A stretch of 64,000 nt of DNA from Eubacteriales bacterium (GCA_045593885.1 JAZNXN010000034.1:10692-74691); one strand, 5' to 3'. Positions 41,065 to 50,903 are shown, numbered from the stretch's first letter. Translations and numbers: made by a program. The notes: generated by a model from the letters alone, not told the origin.

Positions 41065-41829
41065 TCAATTGTTTTTTCTGTAAAGGATATTGAGCCCTTT
41101 GAGCACCATATGCTCGTCGAGTGTTATATCGTGCCTGCAATATCCGATTACAGTAGAGGCTAGTCCGCCCGTAGCATATACGGGAAGACTCATTTTGAAC
41201 TCCTCGTTTATGCGGTCAATCATACCGTCAACCATGCTCGCGTTTCCGTAGATAACCCCTGATTTCATACAGTCAGCGGTATTTTTGGCTATAACAGTGC
41301 TCGGTGCCTCGAGGCTGACCTGCGGCAGTTGCGCCGTTCCTCTCGAAAGGGCCTTCAAGCCCATAAGAACTCCTGGGATAATCGAAGCTCCGACAAACGC
41401 GCCCTTTTCGTTGACCACCATCATTTTTGTTGCCGTTCCCATGTCTATTATAAGAGACGGACTGCCGTATAAATGGTGTGCCGCAACGCAAGCGCATATC
41501 AGGTCAGAGCCGACGGAGGAAGGTGCGTCACAATGTATATTGATGCCCGTTTTTATGCCGGGGCCTACTATAATAGGCTCTATGCCAAATAGAAATCTTA
41601 CCGCCTTTTTCATAACAGAGTTGAGCGGAGGCACAACGGAGGAAATTATTGCTCCGTCTATTTTGCTTTTATCTATGCCGTAGAGGTTGAGGATTCCTAA
41701 TATTTTGCTTGAATACTCGTCCTCTGTTTTTGAGGCATCGGTAGACACGCGGGCTACAAATATAAGCTTATCTGCGTTAAAGCCACCAAGCATTATATTC
41801 GAGTTTCCGATATCAATTGTCAGTATCAC
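41065..41829 (-). CDS. coaX: Type III pantothenate kinase
   Basis: DIGNSN, SSVVP, VGSD, DMGTAT, IIPG and ATGG motifs. Confidence 0.92.
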   Translation of the reverse strand: MILTIDIGNSNIMLGGFNADKLIFVARVSTDASKTEDEYSSKILGILNLYGIDKSKIDGAIISSVVPPLNSVMKKAVRFLFGIEPIIVGPGIKTGINIHCDAPSSVGSDLICACVAAHHLYGSPSLIIDMGTATKMMVVNEKGAFVGASIIPGVLMGLKALSRGTAQLPQVSLEAPSTVIAKNTADCMKSGVIYGNASMVDGMIDRINEEFKMSLPVYATGGLASTVIGYCRHDITLDEHMVLKGLNILYRKNN

Positions 41830-42102
41830 ACGATCAACTCCTTTATCAAATGTAGCACATACGACATTATAGCAGTTTTTTTCGAAAAAATCAAGATGTT
41901 TGGAAAAATATAAATGTCGATAACATAAAATAGCTCGGCAAAAAGTACGGTACCCCCACGCATTTCACCGTGTTTTTTCAGATGAGCTTCAAAAAAGCAT
42001 AAAATTGCAAAATTAACCTTGACAAACCACCGATAATGTGTTATTATAATTCGTGTGCAAAATCAACCTCTTCGCTTTTCACTCTTACCTATTACTTCAT
42101 AT

Positions 42103-42189
42103 GCGGGTATGGCGGAATTGGCAGACGCGCTAGATTCAGGTTCTAGTGACTTCACGGTCATACAGGTTCAAGTCCTGCTACCCGCACCA
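42103..42189 (+). tRNA. tRNA-Leu (CAG)
   Basis: GCGGGTATGGCGGAATTGGCAGACGCGCTAGATTCAGGTTCTAG...GGTTCAAGTCCTGCTACCCGCACCA; long variable arm, 87 nt. Confidence 0.95.
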
Positions 42190-42504
42190 CTAGCATTACG
42201 AGAAATCGTAGTGCTTTTTCTTTTCGTGGTGAGGGTATGGACTTGAACTGAATTGCGACAGCAATTCAGGTTCTCCGACGGCTCGGAAGGCATAGTCAAA
42301 ATCAGCACTCAGCAAGCCTCGCTCGATTTTTTCTTGCTTCCTTCGGGCGCTTCGCGAAAAACAATACTCAATTGTTTTTCCCTCGCTTACCTGCTACCCG
42401 CACCACTAGCATTACGAGAAATCGTAGTGCTTTTTCTTTTCGTGGTGAGGGTATGGACTTGAACTGAATTGCGACAGCAATTCAGGTTCTCCGACGGCTC
42501 GGAA
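42174..42504 (+). repeat. Exact 115-bp direct repeat (42174-42288 and 42390-42504, period 216) containing the tRNA-Leu 3' end; spans the 121-bp element at 42269-42389
   Basis: Direct sequence comparison. Confidence 0.9.
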
Positions 42505-42723
42505 AGAAAAAAGTCATATGTAATCCCATTGACAAACTAAAGATTAAAATCCATCACAGGAATCTCGTCCATGATGGATTTTTCTTTTTCCTACTCGGTT
42601 AGCGCGATTTCTTCGTTAAGTACATTACGCTAAAGACGGACGGAGTTTTTTGTATTTTGATTTTTTGAATATATGGCGAGGGATGGGACATACTATTTTT
42701 GATTTCAAAAAGGGGGTGAAGAA

Positions 42724-42843
42724 ATGGATAAGAATCAGAACTATAAGAATGAGAAAAACCAGAACAACCAGAAAAATCAGAACAACCAGAATCAGAAAGA
42801 CCAGAACGCCAAGGACTGTCCTTCGAGTCAAAATAATAAATAA
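42724..42843 (+). CDS. Small N/Q/K-rich peptide (39 aa), candidate forespore protein
   Basis: MDKNQNYKNEKNQNNQKNQNNQNQKDQNAKDCPSSQNNK; RBS AGGGGGTG; GAATA-17bp-CATACTA promoter; terminator AAGGGACTCG-TG-CGAGTCCCTTTT. Confidence 0.65.
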   Translation: MDKNQNYKNEKNQNNQKNQNNQNQKDQNAKDCPSSQNNK

Positions 42844-42917
42844 TTTTTGTCAAAATGGAAAGGGACTCGTGCGAGTCCCTTTTTGTTTGCGGTTATGCCA
42901 AAATGAAGCAGCCCCTC

Positions 42918-43886
42918 TTATTTCATTGCTATTTTTTCGTTTATTCCGACGAAGGTTACGCTTCCGACGCTTGCGCCCTCGGCAAAAATGCCCTTGCCGC
43001 GACAGACTGTGATGTTGTCTGCACTGACGTTTTTGCAGTCCTCACAAAATAGTGATTTTTCGACCTCAACGGTGGTCAGTACATCAACCGACACACCGTC
43101 GGTGTCCTTTGCATATATAGCGGAATATCTGCCTGCACGAAGGTCCTGCACCTCAATGTTTTTAAGGGATACATCCTTGCAGCCTATAAAGTTGAGTGAG
43201 CAATCAGCCGTTGCGTGCAAGCCGTGCTCCTGACGGATGTTCTCCTTGTCACACTTGCCGACTAAAAATGCGTTTTCAACCGTGATGCCTTTGTAGTTCT
43301 CGGCGAGCACTCCGAAATCAGAGGTGTAAATCTTTACATTCTTAACTGTGAGATTTTCTCCGTTGCGAGCCGAAAAGCACTTACCCCTGCCGAACACCTC
43401 GCAATTTTCAACCGTTATATCCGAGCCCTCGGTATCAACGAGCTTTGATTTCTTTATCTTAGTAACCACCGACTCCCTATGGAAAATATAGGGGGTTGCC
43501 ATAATAGTTACGCCTGAAAGGGTGAAGCACTCCTTCGCGGTTATTATGTTATCATACTCGGAAAAGACGGTGACCTTCAGATTCTTGACGGTTGCGTTTT
43601 TGCCGCAGATGATATAGTCAAGGCATTTTGGCGGCTCAACATTTGACTGAGGATGATAGTGCCATACGAGGTTCGTCAGTCCCTCGCCCTCACCAAGAAG
43701 CGTTACTCCGTCGGGAACGTAGAGGGTGTCGCGCAGACCGTATGCTCCCATTGTGAGAAATACGGTGCCACCTATCTCTGCCATACGGTTGATTGCCGCC
43801 TGTATTCTCTCGGTGCTGTCATCGTGGCGCGAGGTATCGTAGCAATTCTGAATGTTAGGTGAAAGTATTTCAAAATCACGCCTCAT
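42918..43886 (-). CDS. Pectate-lyase-like right-handed beta-helix protein
   Basis: DSTERIQAAIN...GGTVFL..GAY...GVTLLGEG N-terminus; repeated ITVEN/LTVKNV strands. Confidence 0.7.
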   Translation of the reverse strand: MRRDFEILSPNIQNCYDTSRHDDSTERIQAAINRMAEIGGTVFLTMGAYGLRDTLYVPDGVTLLGEGEGLTNLVWHYHPQSNVEPPKCLDYIICGKNATVKNLKVTVFSEYDNIITAKECFTLSGVTIMATPYIFHRESVVTKIKKSKLVDTEGSDITVENCEVFGRGKCFSARNGENLTVKNVKIYTSDFGVLAENYKGITVENAFLVGKCDKENIRQEHGLHATADCSLNFIGCKDVSLKNIEVQDLRAGRYSAIYAKDTDGVSVDVLTTVEVEKSLFCEDCKNVSADNITVCRGKGIFAEGASVGSVTFVGINEKIAMK

Positions 43887-46464
43887 ATTCCTGCGCCCCC
43901 TTTCTCTCTACAAGCTCAGAGTTAGTCCAGAGCTTGCACCTTGTATTATATTGCCGGTTTTCACGGATGATAAATCTTGTTGGATGATGCAGCGTATCGG
44001 TGTCACAGTCCACTCTTATGCCCGAGAAATTATCGTGTATTTTATTTTTCTCAAGAACGGAAGCAGTGGTTGCACCCTTGTTCGCAAGAAAATAGAACGC
44101 GCCCATATCATTTCTCTTTGTAGTCGTACCCAAGGTGGCGTGCACCTCGTACATCTCGGTGTATACCGATGCCTGAGGACCCATACTGGGTCTGCCCTCA
44201 TAATCAAGGCTGTGGTTGCCCGTAATTCCAATGTTACCCACTACGGTGGTGAGTATATTAGGCTCTGCCGAGAACATCGGTGCATCTTTACGCCAATTGC
44301 CTGAATGGTTGTTATAGGGCTTTTCGTCAATTTGGCGGAGTGTGGAGTTCACTACCACAGAGCCCCCGCGGTAGAGTATGTTATTTGCAACTATCGACTC
44401 ATAGTTTGGCGGGTAGGTCTGAAGGCATGCCGCCGTTTCAATATAGTTTTTATCAAGAATGTGCCGTCCGTTAAACACACCCATAATAAACACCGAGCTA
44501 TTGTCGGGAATAACGTCCCATGGTCTGTCGATTATAACGAGATTTCCCTCTATTGCTTCAACAGCTCTGAACTGTCCCATTCCCTTGCCCGATATTATGA
44601 CTGCATTGAGTCCGTGCCACTCTCTGTCATCACGCTTATGAGCCGTGAGCGCGGCAAGAAAGTTGTGCTTTCTGTATGGGGTTCTGTGTGTCGGTACGCC
44701 GTTAGGGATACCGTCAAACACCTGCGGCGCGTACTCGGTCACCAGCTCACAGCCGTGTGCCGCCGCCTTGCCAAAGAAATAGGTTCCGTGGTCGTCGTAG
44801 GTTATTCCCTCACGGTCACCCCACAGACAGTGTATGATTCTGTTTCTTGCTACGTAGTTAAAGAAATTTCCAACGTAGGAATTATTAGGCCATATCGACG
44901 AGCCCGCTACCAGACCTATCGTGGTCATCAGATTATCCTCTGCCGTAACCCTGTTGCACGCGCGGAAATATATACCGCCGGCTCCCGCCTTTATATGGCA
45001 TGAGCGAATTGCAGAGAAAGAACAGCGCGACAAATCAACACCCATATGATCAGCGTATATTTCGCTATTCTCTATCACAAGATTTTTAACGCTCTGCGCC
45101 AGGAATGCAACACCTATCATTTCTCTTGCGGTTTCTATCTTCTCGGAAATGACAAACGTGGAATTGTATATTCTGACTCCGTCACCGTGCACGTATGCAA
45201 GATTGCCCTCCTTGGTATGAAGGAAATCAAAATAAACGTTATTTACCTCACTTCTGGAAAAGAAATTCACCGAGCCGTACATATTCACGCGCACGTCGCC
45301 CTCACCCACGAGCCTGACGCCCTTACCTATGCGGATAGGGCCCTTCACAAGATATTCTCCTTCTGTGAGAGTGAGAGCTCCGCCGCCGCATTTTTCAAGC
45401 TCCAAAAGTGCTGTATCTATCGTGTCGAACATATCATCATCGACAGGATTGAGGGTGATGTGAGCTTCACCGCGCTTATAGGCAGGAACGCAATCTATCC
45501 AATCGTGGCGCGACCAGCCGCACTCGCCACCGTAGCCGTTATGTACCCATATATCGTATCTGCCGAGAGGAAGATCGCTCGCCCTTGCCCTCACGCAATA
45601 TTCATCGGAAAAATATACATCCAGGGGATATTCGCATCCATCCCTCTGCGACACAAGCTTCACACGCGCAGCACCGTTAAGGAAAAGGGCATTACCCATC
45701 ACCTGAACCGTTCCGTTTTCTGTTATTTCCTCACCGTCATCTGCAATAAACCACCACGCGTTGGGGGCATTTACGAGAACCTCGTCGCTCTCGCCGTAGC
45801 TGTTTTTTATTTTTACCGAATATATGCCCATAGACATATCCTTGGGGATGGTGAACATTATATTTTCATCGCTGACCATAAGGGGCTTCAATTCTCTCAT
45901 ATCCTCGCCTGCAAATTCGTCGGCAAGGCGCGTCAAAAGAACAGTTGAGTCGTTTTCAAAATTCACTCCAAGCATATTGACGGTTTCGTCGGGCAAGCTC
46001 GTATGGTTATGCCAATAGACAAGGGCAACACCGTCCGCCGTTCCTTCAACCCTTACTCTGTCCGCATCGGTAAATACGAGGGGGCTTTCGTTGAGATATG
46101 CAAGCTTGTCAATTCGATTTTTCTCGCAGTACTCGTCAACCGAGAAGGGTTGAGGGCATACTCCGTCCCTTGCATAAATATCAAAGAATAGCATAACCGC
46201 AAGCTTAATAGAATCATAGCCGAGACCCTCAAATACGAGATTATCCCCCTCGGTGTAGAATCGGGCATCGCCACGCGCGTAGTCCAACGGATTCTCAGAA
46301 AAAACAATCTTCTTTTCCTTTCCGCTATTGCTCGGCTCCGCTCCGAAAAGCTTGAGCGACCTTGCTATAAACGCTTTTTTGGCGTTTTCCTCAGCAAAGC
46401 TTTCTGAGTGAATACACTCCGCCGAATACTCAGATACTTCATATCCCAAAAGCTGTCTGTTCAT
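43876..46464 (-). CDS. Large beta-helix-repeat protein, probable glycan-degrading enzyme
   Basis: IDTAL...GGGALTLTEGEY...GVRLVGEG followed by parallel beta-helix repeats; no obvious signal peptide. Confidence 0.6.
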   Translation of the reverse strand: MNRQLLGYEVSEYSAECIHSESFAEENAKKAFIARSLKLFGAEPSNSGKEKKIVFSENPLDYARGDARFYTEGDNLVFEGLGYDSIKLAVMLFFDIYARDGVCPQPFSVDEYCEKNRIDKLAYLNESPLVFTDADRVRVEGTADGVALVYWHNHTSLPDETVNMLGVNFENDSTVLLTRLADEFAGEDMRELKPLMVSDENIMFTIPKDMSMGIYSVKIKNSYGESDEVLVNAPNAWWFIADDGEEITENGTVQVMGNALFLNGAARVKLVSQRDGCEYPLDVYFSDEYCVRARASDLPLGRYDIWVHNGYGGECGWSRHDWIDCVPAYKRGEAHITLNPVDDDMFDTIDTALLELEKCGGGALTLTEGEYLVKGPIRIGKGVRLVGEGDVRVNMYGSVNFFSRSEVNNVYFDFLHTKEGNLAYVHGDGVRIYNSTFVISEKIETAREMIGVAFLAQSVKNLVIENSEIYADHMGVDLSRCSFSAIRSCHIKAGAGGIYFRACNRVTAEDNLMTTIGLVAGSSIWPNNSYVGNFFNYVARNRIIHCLWGDREGITYDDHGTYFFGKAAAHGCELVTEYAPQVFDGIPNGVPTHRTPYRKHNFLAALTAHKRDDREWHGLNAVIISGKGMGQFRAVEAIEGNLVIIDRPWDVIPDNSSVFIMGVFNGRHILDKNYIETAACLQTYPPNYESIVANNILYRGGSVVVNSTLRQIDEKPYNNHSGNWRKDAPMFSAEPNILTTVVGNIGITGNHSLDYEGRPSMGPQASVYTEMYEVHATLGTTTKRNDMGAFYFLANKGATTASVLEKNKIHDNFSGIRVDCDTDTLHHPTRFIIRENRQYNTRCKLWTNSELVERKGAQEYEA

Positions 46465-46535
46465 ACAGTATCACCTCTGCGTATGTAATTTTCTACTGTA
46501 TAAATTATATTACATATGCGCGTGCGTGACAATAC

Positions 46536-46567
46536 CATATCCTACTAAAAACTTGACATATTCTACT
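46536..46567. promoter_or_regulatory. AraC-type tandem operator 1
   Basis: CATATCCTACT / CATATTCTACT direct repeats at 21-bp spacing, upstream of the beta-helix operon promoter. Confidence 0.7.
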
Positions 46568-46782
46568 ATTTGCACAAAAAGAAAAACGCCCGATTTCTCG
46601 GGCGCCCACGCGAGCATCTCAGCCCTGCGTGTAAGGAGAAAGTGGAAAGCTTACGCTCTCCAATATGAAAAATATATTGAATCGCCTCGCGGCGAAACAA
46701 CCAAAGACTTGAAAAGCGAGAATTCAAGGGGATTTTCGCCTTTATGACTATATTATATAGCATAGTTGAAAAAATGCAATAA

Positions 46783-46828
46783 CATATTCTACTTAATACT
46801 TGACATATCCTACTTTTTATGATATAAT
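46783..46828 (+). promoter_or_regulatory. AraC-type tandem operator 2, overlapping the araC-family gene promoter
   Basis: Repeats at 46783 and 46804; TTGACA(46800)-17bp-TATAAT(46823). Confidence 0.75.
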
Positions 46829-46875
46829 AAGTTCAAAATTGAGGCTTCAAACGAAAAAACGGAGGGGAAAACTGT

Positions 46876-47694
46876 ATGTTAAGGTGTCCGAGTATGGCTT
46901 CAAACGTTATGGCGCGTATTGGCTTTGCAACTGAACAGCCCAAACAGAATGTATACATCTTCCATTACTTCCACAGTAAAATGAGATTCAAGTGTCATTA
47001 TAACGGCGGAACTGCGGTTTACGACCTTGAGCCAAACGCCTGCATTCTAATAGATAAAAATACATATTTTTCTATATATAGCATTCTTGACCATCCCGTT
47101 TCATACGCCTGGATGATGGTGGACTGCTCACCTGAGGAAATTGCGAAATTCGGTATTGAGTTTGGACGTGCGTATTATCCTACTCAGTACGACAGACTTT
47201 CCCGCGCACTTTCCGAGCTTGACCGCATTTTTTTGTACAGATACGGCTCCGAGCAGTATGCCTTAGATTCCGACAGACTCGTCAGGCAGATACTCGAGCT
47301 GACGACCTCTACGGAGGAAGCACCTAAAATTTCCAGCGAGCATCTGGAAATGAAGCTGTATGCACTAAGAGAAATGATGATTGAGAACCCCGGAGATAAA
47401 TGGACGGTTCCCGTTATGGCAAAAACCGTGAACCTGAGCCTTTCCTATTTCGCAACACTGTATAAAAGCATATACGGTGCCGCACCTGTTGACGATTTGA
47501 TTTCTATAAAGATTGAAAATGCAAAAAAACGTATTCTTGCAGGAGAAACGCTCACCGATATATCCGATTCGCTGGGATATGCCAACTACACGCATTTTTC
47601 ACGGCAGTTCAAAAAAATAGAGGGTATTCCTCCCATACAGTGGAAAAAGCAGCACAAGCAGAAAAAACAGAGGTCTCTCCCTCCCACGCACTGA
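46876..47694 (+). CDS. AraC-family transcriptional regulator
   Basis: C-terminal double HTH (WTVPVMAK..LSLSYF; ISDSLGYANYTHFSRQFKKIEGIPP). Confidence 0.92.
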   Translation: MLRCPSMASNVMARIGFATEQPKQNVYIFHYFHSKMRFKCHYNGGTAVYDLEPNACILIDKNTYFSIYSILDHPVSYAWMMVDCSPEEIAKFGIEFGRAYYPTQYDRLSRALSELDRIFLYRYGSEQYALDSDRLVRQILELTTSTEEAPKISSEHLEMKLYALREMMIENPGDKWTVPVMAKTVNLSLSYFATLYKSIYGAAPVDDLISIKIENAKKRILAGETLTDISDSLGYANYTHFSRQFKKIEGIPPIQWKKQHKQKKQRSLPPTH

Positions 47695-47749
47695 AAATAC
47701 ATATAAAAACCGCCAGACAAAATCGGGCGGTTTTTACTTTTACTGATTT

Positions 47750-49303
47750 TTAGGTAAGCGCATTATACTTGCTTATCGCGGCGTTAAGCGCGTTGGTCTT
47801 CGGTGACCGATAGGTTTCCCAAAGTCCTGCAATATCCTGATCGCCGTTTGTTATCATTTGCTGGAATATCTCCGTAAATTCCTGAGCCTCGGAATTTTCC
47901 AGCTTCGCAAGGTTTTCCCAAACGAATGAAATGTTTACGTCAATGGCATCGTAGATGATATCGAGCATAGCTCTGGTATCAGAGCCAAGATCATACTTGA
48001 GTCCAAGTCCGTCTGTGTAGTATTTCTCGCGCGCAGGCTGGCTCATTATGCTTGCATACTGCCAGAATGCACTCACTGCCTCGAAATCTCCGGTCTTGAA
48101 TATCGCTCCGACAGATGCGTTGTTATGCATAAACGCCTTGTATTCATCGGTTTCATAGAGCTTCGGCAGAGGAATGGGGCATATCTTCATGCTGGAAAGG
48201 TCAGCGCTCTCAAGATTGTAAAGCTTGAGTCCAAGAGCGAATAGGGACCGATTCTTAAGGAATACATTCTTAACATCGTCAGCCGCACCTGCTCCGTAAC
48301 CGTAATCAATAACGGTTGCAACCTTATCACGCAGAGTGGTGAGCGAGGAAAGATTCTGTATTGTGTTGAATTGATATCCGTTACCGTTATTTACAATGTA
48401 ATCGATATCCGCGGAATATACGAGTGCCATATTGGAAAGACGGGTTGTATGGCCGAGCTCTCCCGAATATACTATTCCGTTCTCGTCGTTTTCATCGTGA
48501 CCGATTTCCGAGCCTGTATTGTTGTATGCGAGCGAGGCGTAGGTTGCCATTCTGTCATAGGTCCATGCATCGTCAGCCTCACCCTTTATCATCTCATAAA
48601 AATACTTGACACCCTCTGTGCCGTTTCCGTTTTTAGCCTCAAGAACCTCCTCGTTTACAAAAAGAATATCAAGGGTACGGATTACGTCGATAAAGTAATC
48701 ACCTGCGATAACGAACATCTTACCGTCTTCCAGGTCCGCGCCAAGCGAATATGCCTGCAAAACGTCAGCGAACCAGCTCTCATCGGTAAAATCGAAATAG
48801 TTGGTCTTGTCAGTTCTGTTGCAGTTTGAGAGAATGCCCATCATCATTACGCGGACGACGCCTGCGGTCATGTTTGCTACTGCATCGGCAAACCCGTCGT
48901 GTGCATCATACTTAGTCTTAAGAGTATCAGCAAGAGTACCCGTGTTGTCGTTAACGTACGTATAATTTACGTTCAGACCGAGCTTGCCCTTGACGTACTC
49001 GTTTCTGTTGTACACAGCCATAAGTATCGGGTCATTATCGTTTTTCTGGTCATTATCCTCAAGTCCGTTCATGTACTTCGCCGTGGAAACGCCGTTTCTC
49101 TCTGCATCCTGATTTCTGGACATACAAATAGTAATGGTCTTTCCGTCAAAGTTTACGTCCTTGAAGCGATCCTCACCCGTACCGGTTACCTCGGTAGGAC
49201 CGTCGCCGTCACCGTCGCCGTCACCATTGCAGGCTACGAGAGCTGACATAACGAAAACGAGCGCGAGGATAAGACAAATAAGTCTTAAAATCTTACTTTT
49301 CAT
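47750..49303 (-). CDS. Extracellular solute-binding lipoprotein (paralog of 27761-29326)
   Basis: Lipobox LVAC, DG repeats, shared GTGEDRFKD, YFIDxxR and PIPLPKLY motifs. Confidence 0.7.
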   Translation of the reverse strand: MKSKILRLICLILALVFVMSALVACNGDGDGDGDGPTEVTGTGEDRFKDVNFDGKTITICMSRNQDAERNGVSTAKYMNGLEDNDQKNDNDPILMAVYNRNEYVKGKLGLNVNYTYVNDNTGTLADTLKTKYDAHDGFADAVANMTAGVVRVMMMGILSNCNRTDKTNYFDFTDESWFADVLQAYSLGADLEDGKMFVIAGDYFIDVIRTLDILFVNEEVLEAKNGNGTEGVKYFYEMIKGEADDAWTYDRMATYASLAYNNTGSEIGHDENDENGIVYSGELGHTTRLSNMALVYSADIDYIVNNGNGYQFNTIQNLSSLTTLRDKVATVIDYGYGAGAADDVKNVFLKNRSLFALGLKLYNLESADLSSMKICPIPLPKLYETDEYKAFMHNNASVGAIFKTGDFEAVSAFWQYASIMSQPAREKYYTDGLGLKYDLGSDTRAMLDIIYDAIDVNISFVWENLAKLENSEAQEFTEIFQQMITNGDQDIAGLWETYRSPKTNALNAAISKYNALT

Positions 49304-49401
49304 GTTGTTTGTCTCCCTTTAAGATTTCGTGATGCCGTTAAAAGCTGTGGCGGCATTTCACTACATAATAATTATATCGCATATAAAAGCAAAATCAATA
49401 A

Positions 49402-49433
49402 CATATTCTACTTAATACTTGACATATTCTACT
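49402..49433. promoter_or_regulatory. AraC-type tandem operator 3
   Basis: CATATTCTACT twice at 21-bp spacing, upstream of the SBP gene promoter. Confidence 0.7.
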
Positions 49434-49505
49434 TTGAAAAAAAGGAGTATGTAAAAATTGCACAAAAACAAGCTTTGCATGTTGTGCACCTGTCACAACC
49501 GTTTT

Positions 49506-50900
49506 TTATTCTTCAAAAAATGCCGCCAATTCCTCCGCAGTTGCCAATATACCGTAGTCGGAATATTCAAAAATCGGCGCATTCCTGTCGGGATTTACCG
49601 AAATAACCGTGCCTGACCTCTGCATTCCCGCTACGTGATGAACGGCTCCGCTCACACCTACCGTTATGTAAACGGGGGGTGCTACCGTTCTGCCCGTCAA
49701 ACCTACCTGAGAATTATAGGGTGTATATCCATTATCAACGAGCTTTCTTGTAGATACCGGCTCTGCATTCAGATGCTCTGCAACGGCACGTATTCCGTCT
49801 ATGGAATCCTTCGCACCAAAGCCTATCGCAACTATTATATCACGGCTATCGGTTACCGTTCGCACGGTTGCCATAGCAGGACGTGTTCTGCTCTCAATTT
49901 TCGCAATTATGCTTCCCGACAGCGCAGGGCGGCTCATAATGAGCCTTCCGTTTTCGACCGACAGCTCCGTGCAATCGGCACAAAGTCCAAGGCCGAGCAT
50001 CGCAGACGTCCTCGCGGCAAGCTCCTTTGAGAGAGAATCACTGCCCCATAGCACTGCGTCGGGAGAAAGCTCCTCTATTTTTTTAGCCAAGAAATCGGCA
50101 TCGGTCAGCTCGAGCACTGCTATATTGTCACTTACCGCTTCGGCAAACGCGCGGGGCGATTCACCTACTATGCACACACAACCGAGCCTTTCGTCCGAGC
50201 GCGTGTCCGTGTGTGCTCTGCTCTTATCCTTTTCAAGTCCCTTCGCGATAGCGTCGTTAAGCTCACTAAGCTCGATGAATTTGCATCTGCGCTTTCCCGA
50301 TTCATTCTCAAAGGTTTTGAGAACTCTGGTGGGCGAGCCGCGAAGCCCGCATCTGTCGGCGTCTGCACCGATATCCTCGGCACTCCATACCTCTATCTCT
50401 CCCATTCGGGACATAATGCTCGGAAGCCTCAGGGTATTTATGCGCTCGATTGTGAGAAGTGCGGGAAGCGGTACGCTTCTCGCTCCCAAATCTCTCGTCG
50501 TACAGGTTATGCTGTCGCCTATTTCATCAATGCTCATTACGTTGGTGATAAGAGAGGCGCCTGCGTATACCGATAGCATAGGACCCGTCTGTGCGGTATC
50601 GCCAACCAGTGTCTGACGTCCGCAGAATACAAGATCGGGGGACAGCCTTTTCAAAGCGAGCGAAAGCGCATAGGCTGTTGCGAGAGTATCAGCACCTGCA
50701 AAAGCCTTATCTGTGAGAAGCACCGCTTTTTTTGCGCCAAGACGGGTAAGGCGCAGAAGAAAATCGTGTGCGCTCGAGGGTCCCATACTGAGCAGGGTTA
50801 TTTCTGCCCCCTTTACGCGCAGAGCCGCTTCGTATGCCGAGGCATCAAACGGGCTTATCTCTCCGTCAAGCCCCTGGCGGACACAAACAACTATTTTCAT
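49506..50900 (-). CDS. Fused electron transfer flavoprotein beta-alpha protein
   Basis: N-terminal EtfB motifs (MKIVVCVRQ, GADTLATA, GRQTLVGDTAQ, GSPTRV); C-terminal EtfA motifs (GLCADCT, QVGLTGRTV, GVSGAVHH). Confidence 0.85.
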   Translation of the reverse strand: MKIVVCVRQGLDGEISPFDASAYEAALRVKGAEITLLSMGPSSAHDFLLRLTRLGAKKAVLLTDKAFAGADTLATAYALSLALKRLSPDLVFCGRQTLVGDTAQTGPMLSVYAGASLITNVMSIDEIGDSITCTTRDLGARSVPLPALLTIERINTLRLPSIMSRMGEIEVWSAEDIGADADRCGLRGSPTRVLKTFENESGKRRCKFIELSELNDAIAKGLEKDKSRAHTDTRSDERLGCVCIVGESPRAFAEAVSDNIAVLELTDADFLAKKIEELSPDAVLWGSDSLSKELAARTSAMLGLGLCADCTELSVENGRLIMSRPALSGSIIAKIESRTRPAMATVRTVTDSRDIIVAIGFGAKDSIDGIRAVAEHLNAEPVSTRKLVDNGYTPYNSQVGLTGRTVAPPVYITVGVSGAVHHVAGMQRSGTVISVNPDRNAPIFEYSDYGILATAEELAAFFEE

Positions 50901-50903
50901 TGC

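Noticed and set aside
42625..42831. Hydrophobic minus-strand ORF resembling a type I toxin
   Set aside because: It is the antisense shadow of the N/Q/K-rich peptide; promoter, RBS and terminator support the + strand.
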